Of a stretch of 39,059 bases of DNA, positions 1 through 7,804 are shown piece by piece. Under the pieces are notes generated by a model. The model saw nothing but the letters and a program-made list of their open reading frames with translations, was not told where the DNA came from and did not search any database. Origin of the DNA: Bacillota bacterium (GTDB lineage Bacteria > Bacillota > Dethiobacteria > DTU022); the NCBI GenBank assembly GCA_012510325.1, contig JAAZIG010000065.1, forward strand, positions 1-39,059, in the 5' to 3' direction. A program made the translations under genes and the position numbers. Positions within the stretch are counted from its first letter, which is position 1, and every line of letters starts with the position of its first letter.

Positions 1-69
1 CGGGCGCGGATCATGGCCCTGCTGCCATTTACCTCCGAATAGTCCGTTCTACAAGGCCTGCCGTTAAAA

Positions 70-105
70 CGGTGCTGGAGGCTTCTGCTGCCGGCGCCGT
101 TTTTT
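70..105 (+). terminator. Rho-independent terminator closing an upstream gene whose frame-1 reading frame runs from the window edge to TAG 40-42
   Basis: Stem CGGTGCTGG (70-78) pairs with CCGGCGCCG (91-99; 9 bp, two G-U pairs). 12-nt loop, then T6 (100-105). An A-tract lies at 66-69. Confidence 0.7.
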
Positions 106-226
106 AGCTTTACAGCACCGGCAGGAGCCCGCTGCTGCGGGCGCGAAATACTAACTAGACCGGGGCATGCAGAGCCGGCTCTCCTGCGGCGGCGGATCGC
201 CGTCAGGCCCCTGAAAGGGTGATTCG

Positions 227-673
227 ATGAAGATTATCTTGAAGGAGGATGTCCCCGGCCTGGGGGAAAAAGGTGAAGTGAAGGAGGTCGCTCCCGGGTA
301 CGGCCGTAATCTGCTTATCCCCAAAGGGTTGGCGGTTGAAGCCACCCCGGGACGGTTGCGCGAACTGCAGGAGCAGGCGCAGGTGCTGGACAGAAGGAGG
401 GAGCGCCTCAAGGAGGAGAGTCTGGCCCAGGCGGGGGATCTGGAGCGGCAGGAACTTCTCTTCAGGATGGCCGCCGGTGAGGGGGGCCGCCTGTTTGGGT
501 CGGTGACGGCGGCCGATATTGCCGGAGAGCTGCAGAAACTGGGCTTTGCGGTGGACAAAAAAAAAGTGCTGCTTGAGGAACCGATCAAGACTGCCGGCCG
601 TTACGAGATCACCGTGAAGCTGCCTGCCGGGGTTAAGGCCGTGGTGGTGGCGCAGGTGGAGACAGAAAGTTAG
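227..673 (+). CDS. rplI: 50S ribosomal protein L9
   Basis: 148 aa. The N-terminus MKIILKEDVPGLGEKGEVKEVAPGYGRNLLIPKGLA is the classic L9 signature. GAAAGGGTG Shine-Dalgarno upstream. Sits just before dnaB, as in Firmicutes. Confidence 0.95.
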   Translation: MKIILKEDVPGLGEKGEVKEVAPGYGRNLLIPKGLAVEATPGRLRELQEQAQVLDRRRERLKEESLAQAGDLERQELLFRMAAGEGGRLFGSVTAADIAGELQKLGFAVDKKKVLLEEPIKTAGRYEITVKLPAGVKAVVVAQVETES

Positions 674-683
674 GAGGCAGATC

Positions 684-2597
684 ATGGGGCCGGAGCAGCA
701 GACAGCAGAGGTTCACAGGCGGCTCAGCGCCTTGCTCGATCTGATCAACCGGATCTACGGAACAGAGAAGATGGTCTTAAAGGCGGGCAAGCTGGAGGCG
801 CTTTCGCTCATCCGCTCCGCCGAACCGGCAGAGCAACTGCTCGGCTTGCAGCGTCTGATTTTTGAAAACCCCACTCTGGACGAGGCTCCGCGTGAAGGTG
901 ATTACGGGCGCGCTTGTGAAGAACTCGAGGAGGCGCTGGCGGTGCTGATGGCCAGGCGCTCGCTGGAGGAGTCGCTCGAGTTCAAGATCAAGGAGAGGCT
1001 CGAAGAGCAGCATGAAAAGTATCTTCAGGAGATAAAAAAGGAGATCCTCAAGGAATGGGGCGGGGTGGAAAACCCGCAAACCCTTAAAAAATATGCCCGG
1101 ACCGAAAAAATGTTTGCCCGGCAGCTTTCTTCCACGGTGCAGGAGATGCTCCGCCCGGCGGAGCTGGAGCAGATCATCGGTCAGAGCGAGGCGGTGACCG
1201 CCCTTGTTTCCAAGCTGGCTTCGCCCTATCCCCCGCACATCATTCTCTACGGACCGCCCGGTGTTGGCAAGACCACCGCCGCGCGGCTGGCTTTGCAGAC
1301 TGTTCAGAAGATTCCCGGCGCCGTTTTTTCACAGGAGGCCCCTTTCGTTGAAGTTGACGGAGCTACGCTGCGCTGGGATCCCCGGGAGATCGCCGATCCG
1401 CTGCTCGGGTCGGTTCACGATCCCATCTACCAGGGGGCCAGGCGGAGCCTCGTCGACGGCGGGATTCCGGAGCCGAAATTGGGGCTGGTTTCCGATGCTC
1501 ACGGCGGGATCCTGTTTATCGATGAAATCGGCGAGATGGATCACACGCTGCAGAACAGATTGCTGAAAGTTCTTGAAGATAAGCGGGTGCTCTTCGACTC
1601 AGCCTACTACGATCCCACGGATACGCAGGTGCCGAAATATATCCGGCTGCTCTTTGAGCGGGGCGCGCCGGCGGATTTTGTCCTCATCGGGGCGACAACC
1701 CGCCCTCCGGAGGCGATCTCCCCCGCCTTTCGCTCGCGCTGCTCTGAAGTCTATTTTGAGCCCCTGACCCCCGTCGAGATAGAGGAGATTGTGCGCAGCG
1801 CCGCGGCCAGACTTGACCTGGAGATCGAACCGGAGGCTCTCCGGCTGGTGAGCCGGTGCACCGGCGAAGGCAGGCGTGCGGTAAACCTGCTCATCGATGC
1901 GTACGGCCGGGCCCTCCATGAACTCCGGACCGGGCCTGCCGGAGGCGACAGGATAGCGCTCAGTGCGGCGCTGATGGAAAAGGTGCTGATGGGGAACCGC
2001 CTCTATCCCCCGGGTGCCCCCTGCACCGGGGAACAGGCTGAAACCGGCCGGGTGCTGGCTCTCGGGGTGAACGGTTTTACCGGGCAGGTTCTGGAGATCG
2101 AGGCGCTTGCTTTTCCGGCGGCGGCTCGGGGGCGGGGTGAGATCCGCTTCAATGAGACTGCCGGGTCGATGGCTCGCGATTCTGTTTTTGTCGCCGCGTC
2201 GCTTCTGCGGCGGTTGACCGGGATTGAACTCAAAAATTTTGATCTTCATCTTAATTTTATCGGAGGGGGCAATATCGACGGACCCTCCGCCGGAGCAGCT
2301 ATATTTTTAGCCATCCTCAGTGCCGTTAAGGGGGTTCCTTTGCGGCAGGATTGCGCCGTCACCGGGGAGATATCGCTCCGCGGCCAGCTGAAACCGGTGG
2401 GTGGAATCACAGAGAAGCTTTATGGGGCCCGCCTGGCGGGCCTGAAGAAAACGGTGGTTCCGGCAGACAACCGTCTGGAGACGAGCAGCTCTTTTCCGGG
2501 GATGAAGATAGCGCTGGCCCGGGATGTGGAAGAGCTGCTGCCTCATTTTTTGACGGGCAGCGCCATTGAAGAGTTGCACACAACCAAGGAGGGGTAA
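684..2597 (+). CDS. lonC: Lon-family ATP-dependent protease (LonC-like, spore-former type): AAA+ module plus Lon Ser-Lys protease domain
   Basis: 637 aa. Walker A GPPGVGKTT and Walker B ILFIDEIGEM. Lon catalytic Ser motif DGPSAGAA and Lys in GGITEKLYGA. AGGAGG SD upstream. The LonC subtype is assigned from memory of the family and the rplI-dnaB context. Confidence 0.85.
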   Translation: MGPEQQTAEVHRRLSALLDLINRIYGTEKMVLKAGKLEALSLIRSAEPAEQLLGLQRLIFENPTLDEAPREGDYGRACEELEEALAVLMARRSLEESLEFKIKERLEEQHEKYLQEIKKEILKEWGGVENPQTLKKYARTEKMFARQLSSTVQEMLRPAELEQIIGQSEAVTALVSKLASPYPPHIILYGPPGVGKTTAARLALQTVQKIPGAVFSQEAPFVEVDGATLRWDPREIADPLLGSVHDPIYQGARRSLVDGGIPEPKLGLVSDAHGGILFIDEIGEMDHTLQNRLLKVLEDKRVLFDSAYYDPTDTQVPKYIRLLFERGAPADFVLIGATTRPPEAISPAFRSRCSEVYFEPLTPVEIEEIVRSAAARLDLEIEPEALRLVSRCTGEGRRAVNLLIDAYGRALHELRTGPAGGDRIALSAALMEKVLMGNRLYPPGAPCTGEQAETGRVLALGVNGFTGQVLEIEALAFPAAARGRGEIRFNETAGSMARDSVFVAASLLRRLTGIELKNFDLHLNFIGGGNIDGPSAGAAIFLAILSAVKGVPLRQDCAVTGEISLRGQLKPVGGITEKLYGARLAGLKKTVVPADNRLETSSSFPGMKIALARDVEELLPHFLTGSAIEELHTTKEG

Positions 2598-2600
2598 GCG

Positions 2601-3956
2601 ATGATTCTCACCGGCGACAAAGTTCCTCCCCAGAGCATCGAAGCGGAACAGTCGGTGCTGGGGTCGATGATTATCGAGAAAGAAGCGGTTTTTGCCGCTG
2701 CGGAGCTGCTCCATGAAGCTGATTTTTACCGGACCGCTCATCAGCAGATCTTCAAGGCAATTATCGCCTTGAGCGAAAAGGGTGAACCGGTCGATCTGGT
2801 CACCCTGGCTGATGAGCTGCAGCGGCAGCGCTCCCTGGAAGAGGCCGGCGGGACCGCCTATCTGAGCGCCCTGGCCGGAGCGGTGCCGACAGCGGCAAAT
2901 GTGCAGTACTATGCCCTCATTGTCCGGGAGAAGTCCATTTTGCGCTCGCTGATTCGTGCTGCCACCGGCATCGTTACCGGCTCCTACGAGGGGCCGCCGG
3001 ATGTGGAAGAGTTTCTCGATTCGGCCGAGCAAAAGATCTTCGAGATCGGCAGACAGGGAGAGCAGCGCGGTTTTGCGCATCTCAAAGAGGTGCTCAAGGA
3101 GACCTTTGAGCGCATTGAAAAGCTTTTTGATGAAAAAAAAGGAGTCACCGGGCTGGCCACGGGCTTTACCGATCTGGATCAGATCTCCTCGGGGCTGCAG
3201 CAATCGGATCTGGTTATCGTTGCGGCCCGGCCGAGTATGGGGAAAACCACCCTTGCCCTCAACATGGCCCGCCATATTGCGGTTAAAGAGAAAAAACCGA
3301 CGGCATTCTTCAGCCTGGAGATGTCCCGGGAACAGCTGGCCCAGCGGATGCTCTGCGCCGAAGCCAGGATCGATGCACATAATTTGCGGCGGGGCTTTCT
3401 TTCCCAGGAAGAGTGGCAAAAGTTAACCCGCGCCGTCGGTCCCCTGAGCGAAGCGCCGCTCTACATAGACGATTCCGCTTCGCTCTCGGTGATGGAGGTG
3501 CGGGCGAAAGCGCGGCGCCTGAAGGCGGAAAGAGGGCTGGAGGCGGTATTCGTGGACTACCTCCAGCTGATGCGCGGTTTCAGCCGCTCGGAGAATAGAC
3601 AGCAGGAGCTCTCCGAAATATCGCGCTCCCTGAAGGCGCTGGCCAAAGAGCTTTCCATACCTGTGGTGGCCCTCTCCCAGTTAAGCCGTGCCGTGGAAAA
3701 GAGGGAGAGCCGGCGGCCCATCCTGAGCGATCTCATGGAATCAGGCGGGATCGAGGCCAATGCCGATGTGGTTGTCTTTATCTATCGCGAATCCTATTAT
3801 CACAAGGAGACCGATAAGGGCAATATTGCCGAGATTATCGTGGCCAAGCAGCGGAACGGGCCCGTCGGAACCATCGAGCTCTGTTTCCTCGATCGGTACA
3901 ACTGCTTCGCCAATATCGCCCGCACGGAGAAGGTCGGCGCGGCGCCGGGGCCATGA
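2601..3956 (+). CDS. dnaB: Replicative DNA helicase DnaB (DnaC in Bacillus nomenclature)
   Basis: 451 aa. PPQSIEAEQSVLGSMI N-terminal motif, Walker A ARPSMGKTT, VFVDYLQLM, SQLSRAVEKR. Normal length, so no intein. Confidence 0.95.
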   Translation: MILTGDKVPPQSIEAEQSVLGSMIIEKEAVFAAAELLHEADFYRTAHQQIFKAIIALSEKGEPVDLVTLADELQRQRSLEEAGGTAYLSALAGAVPTAANVQYYALIVREKSILRSLIRAATGIVTGSYEGPPDVEEFLDSAEQKIFEIGRQGEQRGFAHLKEVLKETFERIEKLFDEKKGVTGLATGFTDLDQISSGLQQSDLVIVAARPSMGKTTLALNMARHIAVKEKKPTAFFSLEMSREQLAQRMLCAEARIDAHNLRRGFLSQEEWQKLTRAVGPLSEAPLYIDDSASLSVMEVRAKARRLKAERGLEAVFVDYLQLMRGFSRSENRQQELSEISRSLKALAKELSIPVVALSQLSRAVEKRESRRPILSDLMESGGIEANADVVVFIYRESYYHKETDKGNIAEIIVAKQRNGPVGTIELCFLDRYNCFANIARTEKVGAAPGP

Positions 3957-3969
3957 AAGGGTGAGGGGA

Positions 3970-5364
3970 ATGTCCCGAAAATATGATGTTATTATCGTCG
4001 GCGCCGGGCCGGCGGGAATCTTCGCCGCCCTGGAGCTGTCCCGGCGCAAAGATATCCGCCTGCTGCTGCTGGATCAGGGGGCGGCCCTGGGGAAGCGCAA
4101 ATGCGCCACTCTGGGGGCATACGGGCGCTGCCTGCGCTGCAATCCCTGTGCCGTCACCTGCGGCTGGGGCGGCGCCGGAGCGTTTAGCGACGGCAAGCTG
4201 ACCCTTTCACCGGAATTCGGAGGGAGCCTCAATGAATATCTGGATCCCCCCGCCCTGGAGCGGTTGATCCGCCGGGTCGATCAGGTTTATCTCGATTTCG
4301 GGGCTCCGGATCTGCTCTACGGCACCGACAGTGCGGCGGTCAGGGAGTTTCAGCGGGAGGCGGCTTCGGCGGGGCTGCACCTCATTCCGGCTCCCATCAG
4401 GCATTTGGGGACGGAGAATTGTTCTCTCGTTCTCGATAAAATGTACCGCCGCCTGAAGAAACAGGTCGATATCGCCACCGGAACCGAGGTTGCCGCAATA
4501 TCTGCTTCCGGGGGACAGGTCAACGGGGTGGAGCTGACTTCGGGAGAGCAGCTCCGGGCCGATTATGTGATCTGCGGTCCCGGAAGGGCGGGAGCCGAAT
4601 GGATGCACCGGGAGGCCTCCCGCCTCGGGTTGGCGGGGCTGAACAATCCGGTGGATATCGGGCTGCGCATCGAAGTGCCGGCAGTGCTGCTGGAACATCT
4701 CACCAGCAAGGTTTACGAGTCGAAGCTGATCTACTTTTCCCGTTCCTTTGATGACCGCGTGCGCACCTTTTGCATGAATCCCTACGGTGTTGTTGTCACC
4801 GAGAATAACGGCGGTTTGGTTACGGTTAACGGACACAGCTATGCGGAGAAGAGAAGTGCCAACACCAACTTTGCCCTGCTGGTCAGCAAAACATTTACCG
4901 AGCCTTTCAATGAGCCCATTCGCTACGGCAAATATGTCGCCAGTCTGGCGAATATGCTCGGTGACGGGGTCATGGTGCAGCGTCTGGGCGATCTGCAGAT
5001 GGGCCGTCGCTCCACTGCCGAAAGGATCGCCCGCGGACTCGTTCATCCCACCTTGAGCGAAGCGACGCCGGGCGATTTAAGCCTGGTTCTTCCCTACCGC
5101 CACCTCCTCTCGATTATGGAGATGCTCGAAGCGCTCGACGGGCTTGCTCCGGGGATCAACTCCCCGCATACCCTGCTTTATGGAGTCGAGGTGAAATTCT
5201 ACTCCTTCCGCCTCCGCCTGACCCCCCATCTGGAGACCGACCTCACCAATCTGTTTGCCGTGGGCGACGGCGCCGGTGTCACCAGGGGCCTGATTCAGGC
5301 CTCCGCTTCGGGTGTGCTGGCGGCAGCGGAAATTAGCCGCCGCCTCGACGATGGGACCGGGTGA
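3970..5364 (+). CDS. FAD-dependent oxidoreductase (uncharacterised COG2509-like dehydrogenase)
   Basis: The ORF track opens at 3760, but that part overlaps dnaB. ATG 3970 follows an AAAGGGTGAGGGG SD and gives MSRKYDVIIVGAGPAGIFAALE (Rossmann GxGxxG). Downstream GWGGAGAFSDGKL is typical of this family. Confidence 0.8.
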   Translation: MSRKYDVIIVGAGPAGIFAALELSRRKDIRLLLLDQGAALGKRKCATLGAYGRCLRCNPCAVTCGWGGAGAFSDGKLTLSPEFGGSLNEYLDPPALERLIRRVDQVYLDFGAPDLLYGTDSAAVREFQREAASAGLHLIPAPIRHLGTENCSLVLDKMYRRLKKQVDIATGTEVAAISASGGQVNGVELTSGEQLRADYVICGPGRAGAEWMHREASRLGLAGLNNPVDIGLRIEVPAVLLEHLTSKVYESKLIYFSRSFDDRVRTFCMNPYGVVVTENNGGLVTVNGHSYAEKRSANTNFALLVSKTFTEPFNEPIRYGKYVASLANMLGDGVMVQRLGDLQMGRRSTAERIARGLVHPTLSEATPGDLSLVLPYRHLLSIMEMLEALDGLAPGINSPHTLLYGVEVKFYSFRLRLTPHLETDLTNLFAVGDGAGVTRGLIQASASGVLAAAEISRRLDDGTG

Positions 5365-5442
5365 GCCCCCCCAGCGGGAAAAAGAGAATAATTTTCTTCC
5401 CCGGCAGGAATTTTAGCATTCAGCGAGAACCTATTAAGAGAT

Positions 5443-5485
5443 CTTAACAATTGTTAAGGGACAAGCCTTAAACTTAACAGTTGTT
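5443..5485. promoter_or_regulatory. Operator-like pair: perfect 16-bp palindrome CTTAACAATTGTTAAG plus a second copy CTTAACAGTTGTT 30 bp downstream
   Basis: Palindrome at 5443-5458 and related half at 5473-5485. Both lie in the AT-richer 163-bp gap, 43-85 bp upstream of the G5/M23 peptidase start. Confidence 0.35.
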
Positions 5486-5527
5486 CCGCCAGCTTTATCC
5501 CGGAGCGGCTCCGGGGGGAGGGTTCTT

Positions 5528-6895
5528 ATGAGGTTCTTGAAAGCCGGAAAGGCGGCGCTGCTTAAAAAGCTGCAGCGCGCTTACCGCTACAGCGAACTGC
5601 GGAAACTGCAGCAGTGGTTAAAGGGGAAAACCCTGCACTGGGCCATGTACCTGGCCCTGGCCTTGCTGCTGCTGAGCGCGGTGCTGGGAACGGATCATTA
5701 CCGCTCCTCCATCTTCTACGTGGTCGGCCTGGAAGGGCGGGAGCTGGGTACGGTGCGCGACGGCGCCTCGGTAGAGCACTTTATCGATGATCTAACCGCA
5801 AAGTGCTGCTCTTTCTACGGAATGACGGTGGAGCCGGAGCAGACGGTCACCCTGAACCGGGAATACCGTTCGCGCGGTGAAGATGATGTTGCCGCGGTTA
5901 GCGAGGCGCTGCGGCAGCAGCTCCGGTTCACCGCTGAAGCGGTTATGTTAACCATAGATCAGGTTCCCGTGATCCCCCTCGCCTCGAAAGAAAAAGTGGA
6001 CGAGGCGATCGCGCTGCTGGGGGATTTTTATATCAGCAGGTGCAACAAGCTGCTCCGGGTATCCCTTCTCGAGGAGATCACCGCAACACCGTGCACGGTC
6101 CCTCCGGAAGCGGTCTGCACTCCGGAGGCGGCGGCCGCGCTTCTGCGGGACGGGCCCGAGGCCGGGGAGGAGCGGATGCTGCTGGCCTCCAGGGAAGGGG
6201 AGCGGCGCAGCGACCTTCCGGCGGCGCCGCCCCTGGTGCATGTGCAGACCGTTGAAGAGGTCACGATTACCGAAAAAATACCCTGCGGAGTGAGCTACCG
6301 CTATACCGAGGCCCTGTGGTGTTACCAAAGCCGGGTGCTGGAGCCGGGGAAGGCGGGTAAAAAAGAGGTCGCCTACGAGGTGACCCGGGAAAACGGCCGG
6401 GAAATTGGCCGCCGGAGAGTCGGCGAAAGGGTTCTCGAAAAGCCGGTGACCCGGATCATAGAGCAGGGCACCGCCAGCGCCCCCGCTCTCGGCAGCGGAC
6501 GCTTTCTCTGGCCGGTGCGGGGCGGCAGAATTTCCTCCGGTTACCGCAGCGCCGCCAGGCCCAACCATGTGGGTATCGATATTGATCATCCTGCGGGTAT
6601 GGGCACGCCGATTCTCGCGGCAGACGACGGCGTCGTCGTGGAAGCAGGGTCGCGATATCCCCGGGGCAATTATATCGTCATCTACCACGGCAGTTACTAC
6701 ACGCTTTACGCTCACAATCAGGTGAACAGGGTCTCTGCCGGAGACACGGTTAAGCGGGGCGAACTCGTCGCCCTGATGGGAAATACCGGAAGAACGCGCG
6801 GTTTGACCGGAGTTCACCTTCATTTTGAAGTTCGCCTGGCCAATCAGGGCAGCTGGTCCAGCTGCCCGACGGCTAATCCCCTGAGCTTTTTCTAA
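5528..6895 (+). CDS. Membrane-anchored peptidoglycan DD-metalloendopeptidase with G5 and M23 (LytM) domains
   Basis: 455 aa with an N-terminal TM segment (WAMYLALALLLLSAVLG). G5-like stretch VTITEKIPCGV...GKAGKKEVAYEVTRENGREIG...IIEQGT. M23 motifs HVGIDIDHPAGMGTPI, YAHN and GVHLHFEVR are intact. GGGGGGAGGG SD. Confidence 0.85.
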   Translation: MRFLKAGKAALLKKLQRAYRYSELRKLQQWLKGKTLHWAMYLALALLLLSAVLGTDHYRSSIFYVVGLEGRELGTVRDGASVEHFIDDLTAKCCSFYGMTVEPEQTVTLNREYRSRGEDDVAAVSEALRQQLRFTAEAVMLTIDQVPVIPLASKEKVDEAIALLGDFYISRCNKLLRVSLLEEITATPCTVPPEAVCTPEAAAALLRDGPEAGEERMLLASREGERRSDLPAAPPLVHVQTVEEVTITEKIPCGVSYRYTEALWCYQSRVLEPGKAGKKEVAYEVTRENGREIGRRRVGERVLEKPVTRIIEQGTASAPALGSGRFLWPVRGGRISSGYRSAARPNHVGIDIDHPAGMGTPILAADDGVVVEAGSRYPRGNYIVIYHGSYYTLYAHNQVNRVSAGDTVKRGELVALMGNTGRTRGLTGVHLHFEVRLANQGSWSSCPTANPLSFF

Positions 6896-6926
6896 ACCGA
6901 TCCCCTCTCTTGTGGTGGAGTAACGG

Positions 6927-6955
6927 AGGGGGCTGTCCCGGCGGGGCAGTCCCCT
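6927..6955 (+). terminator. Strong GC hairpin after the G5/M23 gene (possible terminator or processing site; no U-tract)
   Basis: About 13-bp stem AGGGGGCTGTCCC / GGGGCAGTCCCCT with a 3-nt loop GGC. It is followed by only TT. Confidence 0.25.
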
Positions 6956-7113
6956 TGAGGCAACGGCCCACTTTCGCCCCGGCCGCCTTGGCCGCTGCCG
7001 GTTCTGGTGGGGGAGGGTTAAGCGCCAAGATCTCACGGCGGGCTCCGCTGCGGCAGGGATTCTATTGCCGAGAAACGAAACTATTGATCTGAGCACTTCT
7101 AAGGAGCGATCGC

Positions 7114-7800
7114 TTGTCTACCAGAATACTGGTGGTCGATGATGAACGGCCCATCGCTGAAATATTGAAGTATAATCTGGAGAAGGAAGGGTTCGAGGTG
7201 CTCCTCGCCTATGACGGTGAGGAGGCGCTGGAGCTGCTGGAGCGGTGCGAGCCCGATTTGATCCTGCTCGATATTATGCTGCCGAAGCAGGACGGCTTTG
7301 CGGTCTGTCGTGAGATTCGCACCCGTAAAGAGATCCCCATCATCATGTTGACGGCGAAGGAATCGGAGGCGGACAAGGTCCGCGGTCTGGAGCTGGGCGC
7401 AGATGATTATGTAACCAAGCCGTTTAGCGCACGCGAAGTTACGGCCAGGGTCAAGGCGGCGTTAAGACGGGCCCGAAGCCCCTCTACAGGGGGACGCAAG
7501 CAGCTGCGCCACGGCGATCTTCTCGTCGATCCGGAGACGATGACGGTTCTTAACCGCGGCCGGCGGGTCGAGCTGACGACGAAAGAATTCTCTCTCCTGC
7601 TGGTTCTGATCCGGAGGCCGGGGCACATCTTTAACCGGCAGCAGCTCCTGAATCAGGTCTGGGGCTACGATTACTTTGGTGATGAGCGGACCGTCGATGT
7701 CACCATCAGGCGGTTGCGGGAGAAGCTGGAGCTAAATCCGGCGGCGCCGGAATATATTCATACCAAAAGGGGGGTCGGCTATTTTTTCAGGCAAAAGTAG
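7114..7800 (+). CDS. walR: OmpR-family response regulator, WalR/YycF type
   Basis: 228 aa with a TTG start after an AAGGAG SD. Receiver Asp in ILLDIMLPKQDGF. The C-terminal VWGYDYFGDERTVDVTIRRLREKLE is near-identical to the WalR recognition region as I recall it. Followed by walK-yycH-yycI. Confidence 0.9.
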   Translation: MSTRILVVDDERPIAEILKYNLEKEGFEVLLAYDGEEALELLERCEPDLILLDIMLPKQDGFAVCREIRTRKEIPIIMLTAKESEADKVRGLELGADDYVTKPFSAREVTARVKAALRRARSPSTGGRKQLRHGDLLVDPETMTVLNRGRRVELTTKEFSLLLVLIRRPGHIFNRQQLLNQVWGYDYFGDERTVDVTIRRLREKLELNPAAPEYIHTKRGVGYFFRQK

Positions 7801-7804
7801 CCGC

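Noticed and set aside
171-182. Perfect 12-bp palindrome AGAGCCGGCTCT about 45 bp upstream of rplI
   Set aside because: It is short and GC-rich, and is expected fairly often by chance in this composition. No second copy or promoter context was seen.
557-565. Homopolymeric A runs inside genes as possible slippage or phase-variation tracts: A9 at 557-565 in rplI, A8 at 3133-3140 in dnaB, A8 at 35389-35396 in the SpoIIQ-like gene
   Set aside because: They simply encode Lys-Lys(-Lys) in essential or conserved genes, and all reading frames are intact. There is no evidence of variation from a single sequence.
2307-3419. Long antisense ORFs opposite well-supported genes: 2307-3419(-), 4207-5046(-), 5948-7096(-), 7787-8932(-), 9855-10940(-), 11803-12975(-), 15712-16578(-), 16851-17786(+), 22592-23881(-), 28237-29067(-), 30919-31533(-), 37882-38607(-)
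   Set aside because: Each lies entirely opposite a gene with unambiguous family motifs. Their translations are Arg/Pro/Gly/Ala-rich and low-complexity, with no SD. These are typical shadow ORFs of GC-rich DNA where stop codons are rare.
3760-3969. N-terminal extensions offered by the ORF track: 3760 for the FAD protein, 9324 for yycH, 18674 for PBP1A, 29705 for rpiB, 15859 for the MBL gene, 21451 for rpmE
   Set aside because: The extensions overlap the preceding gene or lack an SD. Internal starts with good SDs give N-termini that match the respective families.
5433-5449. WalR binding site upstream of the G5/M23 gene
   Set aside because: Only one good TGTTAA half-site has a partner, and the partner is poor (CTTAAT) at N5 spacing. 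I kept it as an unassigned operator in the findings instead.
6910-7092. 60-aa ORF in the gap between the M23 gene and walR
   Set aside because: TTG start with no SD. The translation is Gly/Ala/Pro-rich and low-complexity. The region is better explained as GC-rich hairpins plus the walR leader.
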